This document shows, one piece after another, positions 13,943 to 26,336 of a stretch of DNA of 64,000 nucleotides. The first letter of the stretch is position 1. Each line of letters starts with the position of its first letter. The notes beneath the pieces were generated by a model. It worked only from the letters and a program-made list of their open reading frames with translations. It was not told the DNA's origin and ran no database searches. The translations under genes were made by a program, and so were the position numbers. Origin of the DNA: Octopus vulgaris (lineage: Eukaryota); assembly GCA_951406725.2 (NCBI GenBank), contig OX597815.1, positions 153,636,001 through 153,700,000 on the forward strand, read 5' to 3'.

Positions 13943-14660
13943 GGTGGTGGGCTGGCAGAATCATTAGCACACCTGGCAAGATGCTTAGTGGCATTTTGTC
14001 TGTCTCAGCATTCTGAGTTCAAATTTGACCAAAGTTGACTTAACCTTTCATCCTTTAAGGGTCAATAAAATAAGTACCAATTCAACTTGGCCCCTCTCAC
14101 AAAGCTGCTGGCCTTGTGCCAAAATTTGAAATCAATATTACCTCAGCATCTATAACTTGTTGGACATAGCTATATGATTGCTAGAGGTTGCTGAAGGAGA
14201 CTGTGACCATGAATTGTGAACCTGGCAGAAACGTTAGCACGCCAGGTGAAATGCTTAGCAGTATTTTGTCTGTCTTTACATTCTGAATTCAAATTCTGCT
14301 GGTATTGACTTTGCTTTTCATCTTTTTAAGGTGAATAAATTAAGTACCATTTGTGTACTGGGGTCAATCTAATTGACTGGCCCCCTTCCCAAAATTTTTG
14401 GGCCTTGTGCCTAGAGTACAAATGAATACTGCAATGCTACAATTTAAAGAGCGCTTTCATTATTTTGTAAATTTAAGGCAGCGAGCTGGTAGAATTGTTA
14501 CTATGCTGGACAAAATGTCCAGCAGCAATTTCTTTTGGTTCTTTACATTCTGAATTCAAGTGCTACTAAGGTTGACTTTGCCTATAATCTTTTTGAGGTC
14601 TATAAAATAAAGTACCAGTAAAGTACACTAAAATTGTTGGCCTTGTGCTACCATAATTTG
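13943..14660 (+). mobile_element. Cluster of three degenerate copies of the GGCGGCGAGCTGGCAG SINE family
   Basis: Heads at about 13943, 14222 and 14477. They share ttctgagttcaaatt...gactttgcctttcatcc...aagtacca...ggccttgtgc with the intact copies at 38283 and 42232. Confidence 0.7.
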
Positions 14661-14866
14661 AAACAATTATTTAGTAAATTTCTATTGTGGTTAGCAGTAA
14701 GAGGACAGAGACCTTGGCAAAGATGTTATAGTATATATATCATCATCATCATCATTGTCAAGACAGAGGCATCCTGTCTTGAACTGCTCTGTTATTGCCT
14801 AGAGGACTATGATAAATAGGAGGGGGCTGAGGACTGAACCTTGGTGGACCCCTACCGCTACCCAGA

Positions 14867-14902
<36 letters not shown>

Positions 14903-15290
14903 ATATATAACAAATTTAATATATTACTTGTGAATTATTGTTTTACTCATGCTAGCAAGATATGTGGTACAATTAAGTGTGTTGATATCTGTATGTATAA
15001 AGTGAAAACTTTAGGGAAGGAAGTAAGCAAATATTGAAAAATGAAAGAGCAATAGAATAAGGTTAAAAAAATCCCACAGGATCCAACAATTACTACTGAC
15101 ACACTTTAGATTCAGGCTCACACACAGGCAGAGAAACCCCTAAACATATTTCTTAATGAAGTGTTATAGAGATATAGGTATATTTTATAATAATAAAATT
15201 CAGATAATTTTTATTACTTTTTAATTACAATTTTCAAAATGTAATTTAAATGACTTGCGCATGAGAGATAAAAGACTTATACTAAATTCC

Positions 15291-16407
15291 TCATCATCAT
15301 CGTTGTCGTTTAATGTCTGCTTTCCATGCTAGCATGGGTTGGACAATTTGACTGAGGACTGGTGAACCAGATGGCTGCACCGGGCTTGGCAGAGTTTCTA
15401 CAGCTGGATGCCCTTCCTAAAGCCAACCACTCCGAGAGTGTAGTGGGTGCTTTTACATGCCACTGGTATGAGGGCCAGTCAGGTGGTACTGGCAGCGGTC
15501 ACGGAAAATCGTGTTTTTAATGTGTCACCTGCACAAGTGCCAGTAAAGTGACGCTGGTAACGATCACGCTTGAATGGTGCTTTTTACGTACCACTGGCAT
15601 GAATGCCAGTTAGGTGCTCTGGCAACGATCACGTTCGGATGGTGCTCCACTAGCACGGATGCCAGTCATTAAATTTGATTTCGATTTCACTTGCCTCAAC
15701 AGGTTTTCGCAAGCAGTGTCCAATGAAGGGAAGGTATGCATGAGTGGGCTCGTTACACCCCTGGCTTAGGCTACAAAGTTATGGTCTCACTTGGCTTACC
15801 AGGTTTTCTCAAGCACAGCATATTTTCAAAATTCTCGGTCACTGGTCATTGCCCCAGTGAGGCCTAATGTTCAAAGGTTGTGCTTCACCACTTCATCCCA
15901 GGTCTTCCTGGGTCTACCTCTTCCACAGGTTCCCTCAACCGCTAGGGTGTGGCACTTTTTCACACAGCTATCCTCATCCATTCTCACCACATGACCATAC
16001 CAGTGCAGTCGTCTCTCTTGCACACCACATCTGATGCTTCTTAGGTCCAACATATCTCTCAAGGTACTAACGCTCTGTCGAGTATGCACACTGAAATTAC
16101 ACATCCATAAGATCATACTGGTTTCATTCTTTGGGAGCTTACACATGTCCTCAGCAGTCACGACACATGTTTCACTGCCATGTAGCATGGCTGTTCGTAC
16201 ACATGCGTGATACAGTCTACCTTTTACTCCGAGCGAGAGGCTCTTTGTCACCAGTAGAGGTAAGAGCTCTCTGAACTTTGTCCAGGCTATTCTTGTTCTA
16301 GCAGCTACACCTTCAGCGCACCCTCCCCCGCTACTGACTTGGTCGCCTAGGTAATGGAAACTATCGACTACTTCTAGTTTTTCTCCCTGGAATGTAATGG
16401 AAGTTGT
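15291..16407 (-). mobile_element. 5'-truncated RTE-clade LINE (RT C-terminus, 3' UTR, (GAT)n tail)
   Basis: LEVVDSFHYLGD...KGRLYHACVRTAMLHGSET...RRLHWYGHVVRM...RGRPRKTW are RTE C-terminal motifs. Tail tcatcatcatcg at 15291. Confidence 0.88.
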
Positions 16408-18002
16408 AAAATTATAATATAGATGACGAATTCATGTTCAAATAACTTTAAAATATTTTTAATATCTTATCTCTGTTGCTCTCTCAGCATGTGTATATAT
16501 GTTTTTGTGAACAAGTGTATGTGTGTGTGCATATTTGTGCAGTTGTGTGTGCATGAATATTCTAACAAATACAAAAAGTATTAAGCGGCAGAAAAAATTG
16601 AATGGAGCACAACTAATGTGTTGTTATCCAGCACAACAACTAGTGTGTATTGAATATGACTTCACATTCAATACTTCAACTCTTACTAAAGTTATTGTGT
16701 TGTAACCCTCAGGCATCTAACATTGCCTAACTATGAACCAAAAGAAATGAAAATTCAATTCTTACTTCACAGCTGAAATATTTGCAATAGGAAACACTAT
16801 GTAATGTAAACAGAAAAAACAACTGCTTCCTGGGAAATATATATATATAAAAAAAAGTAAAACAGAGATTATATAGATGATACAACTTTGGTTCATTAAT
16901 TTAGTTGCTCCAGGAAAATCTTCCTCTTGCACATATTGCTAAAGATTTCTGAATCTGAAAACAAGTATGGCAAATATTCCTACAGAAAAAACACCCTAAC
17001 AAACTAAACAAAAAAATACAACACTCTACTAAAATATAAGAATCTGTTCTAATATCAGTACAATTTTCTGTGTAATTATCAATCATACATATGTGTAGAT
17101 ATGTATGGCTATACTAAAGGCGGTCTTTCTTTACTTTTAACATTCCTATTCTCTCTTTCTCTTAACACCTCTTTTATCCATGAATAAATTGACTTCCTTC
17201 TTTGCAGTGATACTGCACTCGTTCACTAAACCATTCTCATCTGTATTTTTTCCAGCCTTCATAACTTCATGTTGATTACCCATTCCTTACTCTCATATAA
17301 TATGATGCTTCTTACATGGGCAGTAGACTTTTTCCCCTTTACTTTTAGCAATACCCTACATATTATGGCATCACTCAGTTTCAAGAAAACGTCTGCCATG
17401 CACTTCTCTCTCTTGCCATCATCACCTACTCCAAACTATTTTTCTCCATTCAACATCTAGATAACAAAATGTTTTCACAGTGTCTTATCATCATGCTATT
17501 TTCAAGATCCAATTCAACATTTCTCCATTTACAGCTTCTTCCAGACACACCTTGCATTTAACTACAGGTGCCACATTAGGTAATTACACGATTAAATTAA
17601 TTTCACAGTTAAAAGTCTCTTTTGTGCAGTGGTATCAAAGCCATTTGGTTAAAACACCCAGTAGTAAAGATTTGGCAAGTAAGAAAGCATATGGCTTATT
17701 TTCTTATATAAACGTTTTTAGCCTTAGTATAAAATAATTTTGGAGTTATAACCTCAAGAGAGGATACAGGTTTAATCTTATAAAGTCAGTCTGTTTCTGA
17801 TATCTGAATGAGAAACAAGATGAAACAAGTTGCCAAACCTATATGTAGTGATTGATGTTTAGGCCCAGGTCAGCTCTGATCAAATAGACTTATGATTAAA
17901 TATCTTTAAGTCTTGGTTGTCCTGTCACCTTTTTTTTATTTTATTCAGGTACTGTACATCTTGAAGCATTTTAAAGTCTTATGCACCTTGAATGTATTAT
18001 AA

Positions 18003-18260
18003 AATAATAAAATAATAATAATAATAATTGTGTACAGTGCTCAGGTGCACTATAACTCATCTAAAGTGTATATATAATCAGGTGTAGTTTTGGCGGATTT
18101 CGGAAAGCATGAGGGCCTTAAAGGATGCAGTGTCATGGCAGTCAACAACTGACGCAGGCAGTTTATTCCATGCTTCAGCAACTCTGAGCGTGAAAAAATG
18201 TTTCCGAAAGTCATGGGAGTTGTGTTGTTTTCTGACTTTGTAGGCATGTCCACGTGTGTT
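18003..18260 (-). mobile_element. CR1-group LINE 3' fragment
   Basis: Minus frame RGHAYKVRK..RKHFFTLRVAEAWNKLPASVV...SFK followed by a (TTA)n tail. Confidence 0.75.
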
Positions 18261-21200
18261 ATCTAATGTACCTGTCCTTTTATTTTAGATGGTAGTGTAT
18301 CATTTAGTAGAGATTCGGTTGCTATTTCTAAAAGGCAGAATGATGTCATATACATAATCTTCTTTGTTGGTTATTCATAATAGTATATTTTCCCAAGGGT
18401 CATAACTCTCAGCGAATATTTAAAAGCTAAATATATTTTGCTTTTCTTTTTCTAACAGCGGAAATAGCTTCTTTCAAATACAATAAAGAGAAATTGTTAA
18501 AATTCTGTTATTCAGTTGAATATCATAACATTTTAAATCTGTGTATAGTATTATAGGATTGTTTAAATAGTTAAGATATTAAAACACTTTTGTACAAAAG
18601 CACAAGTGCTTAATATATAGTAATGCATGTTTCTGCTGACTGGTGTTGTAAAGTAAAAAAATCAATCACTAAGGACAGTTGTAGTATGGGTTAGAGGGAA
18701 ATGGTTGCACACAGCTGTGTCTGTAAATAGGTGTGTGTTTCTAATATTAGTTACAACATACATACAAGGTATATGTAGATATATATAAATATATTCTATC
18801 ACTGAAAGTAAGTAGTGAAGGAAATTGCAATGATTTGGATGGAAAAGGAATATGAGTGCTTTTAATGAAAGCTATGGGTCAACTGGTGTGGAAGCAAAGT
18901 GTATGTTTCTTACCAGATTGATTCTTGGGAAAACATTATTATCTAAGAGAATAAAAAGCAGTCAATATAAATGTTGGAACAAAAGTAATATCAAAGACAG
19001 GGTTGATGCAAATGATAGAAATGATGTTGGATTAAAAATTATAGAAAACTTATCTTGTTTGCTATCCCACTTTCTATGTTTGGATCCTGTTTAAAAAGGA
19101 ATCCTACCATAAAGCTTGCCCATTCCATGTCCATTACTGTACAAACTGCAATGCTGCAAATTCATGCAGGCAGAAGTTTAATCTTATCTTTTACTTGTTT
19201 CAGTCATACTTGATGGATTTTAGTTGCACAAATCAACCCCAATATTCATTTCTTAACTCTGGTACATATTCTATTATTCTTTATTCCTGAACTGATAAAT
19301 TATGGGGATGCAAACAAACTAACAATGGTTGTCAAACCGTGGCTGGGTGGGGGAGGACAAACACACACACACATATATACATACAACTGACTTCCACATA
19401 GTTTCCATCAATCAAAGCCATTCCTAAGACACTGGTTGGTCAGGACTAAAATAGAAAACACTTTCTCAATGTGCTGTGCAGTATAACTGAACCTAAAGCT
19501 ACATGGTTGCAAAGTGAGTTTCTTAACCACACAAACAAATAAAAGATAGCATGTGATCTTTTCTTATTTTTGAAATGCTGAAGTATCTTATTTAAATTGT
19601 TTTTTTTAAACATCCACGTTTTGACAACATTGTGTTAGTTACTTTATAGTTATCAGCATGACAATTTTGATTTAGTAAGTGGTTAATTTAGTTTGTACTG
19701 ATTGGCTGAATTGTAACCATGAACAGTGTAGCTTTGGCCTTTAGTCTGATTATGTGTTCAAGGTTAGACAGACAATGCCACCATACAAACAATATATTGT
19801 TAACAATGTACTGAGTGATCTTCAGCGACACAATAGCAATGGTAATTATATCAGGCCATCTTAAAACTGAGCATAATTATTATTACTCAAGAGAATGCAT
19901 TTTTTGGCTACTGGCCCACTTCATAGTACTCTGTATCAGACCTACATCACAGAATCAACCAATGTAATGAAACATTTAATTAGCATTTCTAGTTGTAGCC
20001 AAGCTGTTTCATATTTAAGGGATTGTGGTCCCTAATTTAAGAAAGTAATTTATTACATATATATTGAATAGTTCATATATATACATATGTAGCATCATCC
20101 TATCATCATTTTACACACCTTTTTTCCATGGTTATATGAGTTAGATAGATATCTTCTAGCACAGCATCTCACTACACGTGATCCCTTGTCTTCTACTTTG
20201 TAAGGTACTGCATTCTTGGATCAGCCTCCACCACATATTCCTCTTCTGCAGGTGCCTTCCACATGAATTACTTAAGAGTTCTTTTATCTGACTGTTATGT
20301 TCTATATACAGCCTCTATTCTTGCACACTACATTAGATATCATTCTAATTCTTCTCTCAGCTTCTTTATGTTTAATCATTCACATACACACACACTAATA
20401 TCTTTTCTGCCCTCAGACATTCTCTGTATTCAATGTCCATAATTTGCTACTACACAATATTGCACTTCATATACAAGCATCATATCATCTCTCCTTCACT
20501 TAAGGAGAAAATCCTTTTGTAATCAGCTGATATAAAATCACAACTATTTTAACTTCAGTCTTTTCGAACATCCACCTACTGATTAGCTCACCTAGGTGTA
20601 GACAACTTCTAAGGAACCTCTCAGGTATTTAAAAGAATTCATTTCACAGTTACTCTTGTTGCTATCTATTTCTGTGCATCTGCTCCACATACAAATTCCT
20701 TCTCATCAATCTAGCTCTGATCTTATAGTTTAAATCAGCTACATTGTATAGAATTCTTGAGAACTCCTTATCTGCAAACTGAGCATGGCCACTTCCTAGA
20801 TGGCAGGACAGCTAACTAGTGTTATCTATCTCACTGGTCTTCAGGTCTTTCAGAACAGTAGGTACAGTGCTTTCTTCTGACACAATCAGCACACATACAT
20901 TCTATTCTGCCATGGGTTCTTTGACCCATCTAGGAGAACTGCAACAAACTGTCCAACTCATATTAACATGGAAAGCAAATAAAAAACAATGATGTTGATA
21001 ATGACAATGATGATAATGATGTGTGAAACTGCATTTGACCCTCTGGCCGATAACTAATGAGAAGTTGGTGACTTGAGTCCGTTTTCCGTTTGTTGGTGCA
21101 TTTATTATATGTTTTGTAACTTATATATAAACACGTAAAAATGTATAAAAATTAGAATTTACAAATAACTGAAAATGCAGTTTGACAGCAACAGAGCATC

Positions 21201-23074
21201 ATAATAGAATACCAAGGCATGAGGCTGGATTCTTCACCATTTCTGATTCCAATATTCACATTCCATTTATGTACTTTGTTGCTTTCATATGAACTTCAAC
21301 AACACTTTATATGTCTAACTTACAAATGCCACTTCTTTTCATTTAGTTTTAACTAATTAATTCAGTTAAAAAAACCTCACAAAACTTTATTATAACTACA
21401 AATTTTAGGGATAGGAAAAAACAACAGGCTCACTCATGTAGACTTTATTTATTCATTTTAAATTAACATTTTAATTTAATTGATAATATAATTATCTTTT
21501 TGGGACATCTGTCACTTTGAAAGAAAGACAGTTGTTGTTTAGTCCAAAGTCAAGATTGCTGACAGACTTATGATCAAAGGCACTCCAGTAGTGACCATCC
21601 AATCTTTAAGTTCTTCAGACATAATACTTATAAGACTGTTTTATTCACACATACATATTCTCTAAATATACTATTAAAGGAAGAGAACATAAACCTGACA
21701 TACAAAAATATTAGATGTTCATGGCTGGAATGACTTTAGTCACAGGTCTACTCTATTGGGGCATATTGGGTATATACATCTTTTAATTTTTTATCTTCTA
21801 CTTGTCTCAGTCACTGGACTGAGGCTATGCTGGGGCACCACTTTAAAGGGCATAGTAGGACAAATTAATCCTAGTGCTTACTTTTTAAGTTTGATATCTT
21901 ATCCCATGGGTCTCTTTCACTAAACTGCTATGTTAAAGGGATGTAAACAAAGCAACAATGTTTGTCAAGCGGTGGCAGTGGAAACACACACACACACACA
22001 TGTATATGACAGGCTTCCACACAGTTTTTGTCAACCCGATTCACTTAGAAAGCAACAGTCAGCTGAGGTTACAAAAGAAAAAAACACATGCCCAAGGAGC
22101 TGAATGATGAGACTGATCCCTAAACCACATGGTCACAAAGCAAGTTTCTTAACCGCACAGCCATGCCTGTGGAACATTAAAATGTGAAGAGAGAAGAGAA
22201 TGTTAAACGTAGAGCTGAATAATATATTCACTGGAAGTTGAATCTTCATAAATCCTTACGCTGAGTTTCTAAATTTCCAACTTATGAGAAATGGAAAAAA
22301 ACTGGCATTTAAAAAATATGCAGTGGAGATGTTTGAATACAACAAGCTTTGCTTGAAACTGAATAAAAGTATCTTATTGATTGACATTATAACTGTTGGT
22401 AGAAGAATAATTGGGGAGATGAGAAGAGAATAAAAGAAATGATATATGGAAATATATAAAAAAAACAAATAGGAAGAAAAAACCCCACAAAAAAAAGAGT
22501 CTTTTGGCTCAAGGGAAATAACTCAAAAATATAAATCTTCCCAAAATGAAAGCAAAAATGGTGATGAATGATTCAGCTGTTCTGAAAAATAAAATTCTGG
22601 AAATTATCTGTTTATAGACAAAGAGTTGCAAAGCAAATATCAGAGGATTATCAACAAAATTTGAATATTTTAAACCTTTCATTTAAGTCATGCAAATCCT
22701 GAAATTGATGCATAATTTCTTACTTAAGCACAATTTAAAAGTAAAATTCAAGCAAAAGGAATTATGAATGTATGGAAAAGAATGTTCTAGAATAAACAAT
22801 TTAATCTTAAATACAATTGGGCTTGATTATTTTTAAAATAAAATGTACAAGGAAAAGCTTGTGAAATTTTTTTTTTTTTATCAGCTTGAAAAGGAAAAAA
22901 ATGTGAAGATAAAGACAATTCTTAACATCATTCTCAGTCAATCTAGTTGACTTGTTGCTAATATTAGTTGTACTTTGACACAAACTGAAACTGAGAAGAA
23001 AATAGTTTGGAGCAATGTAGCAAAAAAAAAAAAAAATTTTTTTTCAATATTCATTTTTATGATAAAAATAAATT

Positions 23075-23355
23075 TAAACAATTGCAGCATGGAAGGTGTT
23101 TATAAGCCATTTAAGAAACACACAAAAACCGTTAGATTCACTTCAACATTTAAATTTAATTTGCCAAAATATTTTTGTAGCTTTGAGACCGCAACCTGTT
23201 CACTGAGATGCAGCATGGAATTTTGTCAGTGAACAGGTCGTAGTCTCAAAGCGACGAAACTATTTTGGCAAATTAAATTTAAATGTTGAAGTGAATCTAA
23301 CGGTTTTTGTGTTTCTTAAATGGCTTATAAACACCTTCCATGCCGCAATTGTTTA
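23075..23355. repeat. ~130-bp-arm foldback (Penelope pseudo-LTR-like) with a variant hammerhead
   Basis: Arms 23075-23206 and 23226-23355 are near-perfect reverse complements. A TSD-like taaaaataaa(a)ttta lies at 23063 and 23409. Confidence 0.85.
23222..23272 (+). ncRNA. Type I hammerhead-like motif with G3-C8 core (GUGAACA)
   Basis: TTTGTCA-GTGAACA-g-GTCG...CGAC-GAAA-(c/a)TAT-T-T-TGGCAAA. Confidence 0.55.
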
Positions 23356-24164
23356 CGTTCCAGCACACGATTTCAGATCAGGTCACTTGCTATGCAAGTA
23401 CATCTCCGTAAAAATAAAATTTAAGTTATATGACAAAGCATTTCTTGGTCTAGTTTTATATTTTGGAACATTAAGATGGATAGTAAATCATATTTTATCT
23501 GTTGCAAAGAGCTTCATTATAATCATGAAAAGTATGAATGAATATGTGCTATCAGAAGAGAATGCAGTCATATTTACTAATATTAGAGATTGAATTTCAT
23601 AGAATATTAGAAAGGTGATTGGAACCCTATTTATATAAAGTAAAATTAAGTTTTTGGTAAGAATAATGGGAAATACTTTTTTTGTCTTGTCTCCACTATA
23701 ACAATCTCCAAACAATAGCATTCGATGATTGTTGACACCATGAAAATAGCAGTTCTATCTAAGGCATCAAAACTGAGAGTTGTTAGAGAGAGACAGCTGA
23801 TTAGAGGTAGCTTTCATTTATGCTATTTCTTATGTGTTCTCATTGTGTCAAATTTCTTCCATTTATGATATTGATGCCCACTACCTCACTTTCTATGTCA
23901 TAATGTTGTGACCTTACCCCACCACTCTCATTTCCTTCTTTCTCACTTTCTACTTTGTCCCTTTTTGTGTCTTCGGTTCAGCTTTGGCCTTACTTTTCTT
24001 TCTCCTTACTACTCAATTAGTGAGCACACTTCTTTTTTTCTCCATTATTTACTCAAGAAAAGACTTCATCCCAGGACCAAATTATTTATTCGCTTTCCCT
24101 TTTAGTGTTACATTCTTTGTACTTTATCAGAAAAGACTGTTTTGTTGTTTTTTTCTTTAAAATA

Positions 24165-24543
24165 GGCGCAGGAGTGGCTGTGTGGTAAGTAGCTTGCTTA
24201 CCAACCACATGGTTCTGGGTTCAGTCCCACTGTGTGGCACCTTGGGCAAGTGTCTTCTACTATAGCCTCGGGCCGACCAAAGCCTTGTGAGAGGATTTGG
24301 TAGACGGAAACTGAAAGAAGCCCGTCGTATATATGTATGTGTGTGAATATGTTTGTCCCCCCCAGCATCGCTTGACAACCAATGCTGGTGTGTTTACGTC
24401 CCCGTAACTTAGCGGTTCAGCAAAAGACCGATAGAATAAGTACTAGGCTTACAAAGAATAAGTTTTGGGGTTAATTTGCTCAAGTAAAGGCGGTGCTCCA
24501 GCATGGACAGTCAAATGATTGAAACAAGTAAAAGAGTAAGAGT
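24165..24543 (+). mobile_element. Full-length tRNA-derived SINE (octopus OR-type) with central (TA/TG)n and GGCGGTGCTCCAGCATGG...GAAACAAGTAAAAGA tail
   Basis: Box A (tggctgtgtgg) and box B (ggttcagtcc). Near-identical copy at 55108-55503. Degenerate copies at about 19185-19530, 21790-22170, 31200-31800, 31985-32150, 35900-36100 and 59619-59765. Confidence 0.85.
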
Positions 24544-24805
24544 ATACCAAGTCTTAAATATACTTTTCTTATGGCTTTTTTCCTCATGCCCAGTTACTAA
24601 GATTTAACTATATCTTTTTTATTCATTTGCTTTTCACTTCCACTATAACAATTTCCTAACAACTGTATCCAACTTTGGATGCCACTTAGGTAATGGTTCT
24701 GTCTAAGGTGCAGAAAATGCATGAATCTAAAAATAGACTATTTAGTCTTTTCATTGTTTGAGCCAAATAATCATCTCTCATGCTATACATACATACATAC
24801 AACCA

Positions 24806-25079
24806 TCTGAACATGGCCGTTACCAGCTCCGTCCCGACTGGCCTCTGCACCGGCGGCACGTAAAAAGCACCATCCGATCGTGGCCGTTTGCCAGCGTTGT
24901 CTGGCACGTAAAAAGCACCTACTACACTCACGGAGTGGTTGGCGTTAGGAAGGGCATCCAGCCGTAGAAACATTGCCAGACCAGACTGGGCCTGGTGCAG
25001 CCTTCTGACTTCCCAGACCTCAGTTGAACCGTCCAATCCATGCTAGCATGGAAAGTGGACGCTAAACGATGATGATGAT
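24806..25079 (+). mobile_element. RTE-type 3' fragment ending in (GAT)n
   Basis: aaaagcacc repeats, ggcgttaggaagggcatccagc...catgctagcatggaaagtggacgctaaacgatgatgat. Confidence 0.75.
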
Positions 25080-26263
25080 ATACATCAGGTGTTGAGTTCA
25101 TGACCACAAGGTTAGAGGTTCGATTGCTGTGTGTTGTGTACATGAATAAAATTCTTTATTTCACATTGCTTGTCAGTTGAAAGGAGTGTCAGCTGAGTGC
25201 AGCTTTGGCTCTCTTGCTGTCATGCCCTGAATGTTCGATTGGATCAAAAGTGGGAGGACTGAGAGGGCTGTCTGAGTCTGCTTGAAATTATATAAGCACT
25301 TAAAACAATTAGCAAAAGCATGGAACAAGCAACCAAGTGATCCTTAATGCCAAGCGAGGCTATAGTAGGTATGGCATTTTACGTGGGTATATTGTTTCTA
25401 TATATGGTACAATGGAAAGTGGTCTCTAATTTCAACACGATGTGATTATTTTAAAATGACTACAGAGAATGCATTTATCAATTTTAAGTCTTATTTAGCA
25501 ATTTCAGACAGAAACCCGACTGGAATTAACCACTGTAATGAATGAACACCGTTTAATTTTACTGTATCATGTTTCCCTTGCATTTCTAGGTCAATTTTAT
25601 TATCCATTATTTCATATTATTTTCCTGAAATAAGTATTTTTATTTCAAGCCGACTTAGAATATGAGAACATTAAATAAAAACGGTTTATAATTCTATTTT
25701 ATTAGAAGAAGACAGAAAATTTCAAATTTTATAGACAATATTCATTGCAGCACCAGTTACTTTCAGGTTTCCCAGTACAATTTCTTTTGACTTCCCTCGG
25801 TATTGAAGGTGTATTATATTTACTCCTCTTGTAAATATATTTTTTATGAAATACATAACCTTTGTTTCAATTGATTTTGAAAATTACAGAGAATTTACTA
25901 AAATAATTTTGTCATAATGAAACTTGTGTTTGGAACATAAATTAATATGAAATTTTAATGCAACATTTTAATTTAGATCACTTTAAAACAAGAAGTGTGT
26001 ATTAAAGAATCAGAGGTGGTCTCTGGTGATTTGGTATCAACAGAGTTAAGTATGTGTATGTATGCTTGCATCCATCATTCCCAACCATTTTTGGTTTATA
26101 ACCCCATTAAAAGATATAGCAAGCCCAGTAAGTCTCCTCCTATTCCGATTAAAATTTTTATGTTTCCACTAGTTAAATCTACATAGAATATTTCTACCAA
26201 GTTATTAGATTTATAAATTTTTGGCTACAATTAATTATACTTTCATTATGGTACATTATGCCC

Positions 26264-26336
26264 GCCCGCATAGCTCAGTCGGTAGAGCATCAGACTTTTA
26301 ATCTGAGGGTCGCGGGTTCATGTCCCTCTGTGGGCG
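26264..26336 (+). tRNA. tRNA-Lys(TTT)-like sequence; probably the head of a tRNA-Lys-derived SINE or a tRNA pseudogene
   Basis: 73-nt cloverleaf GCCCGCATAGCTCAGTCGGTAGAGCATCAGACTTTTAATCTGAGGGTCGCGGGTTCATGTCCCTCTGTGGGCG. The acceptor stem pairs, the T-stem has one mismatch and the T-loop is TTCATGT. T6 at 26345, then a SINE-type tail. Confidence 0.75.
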
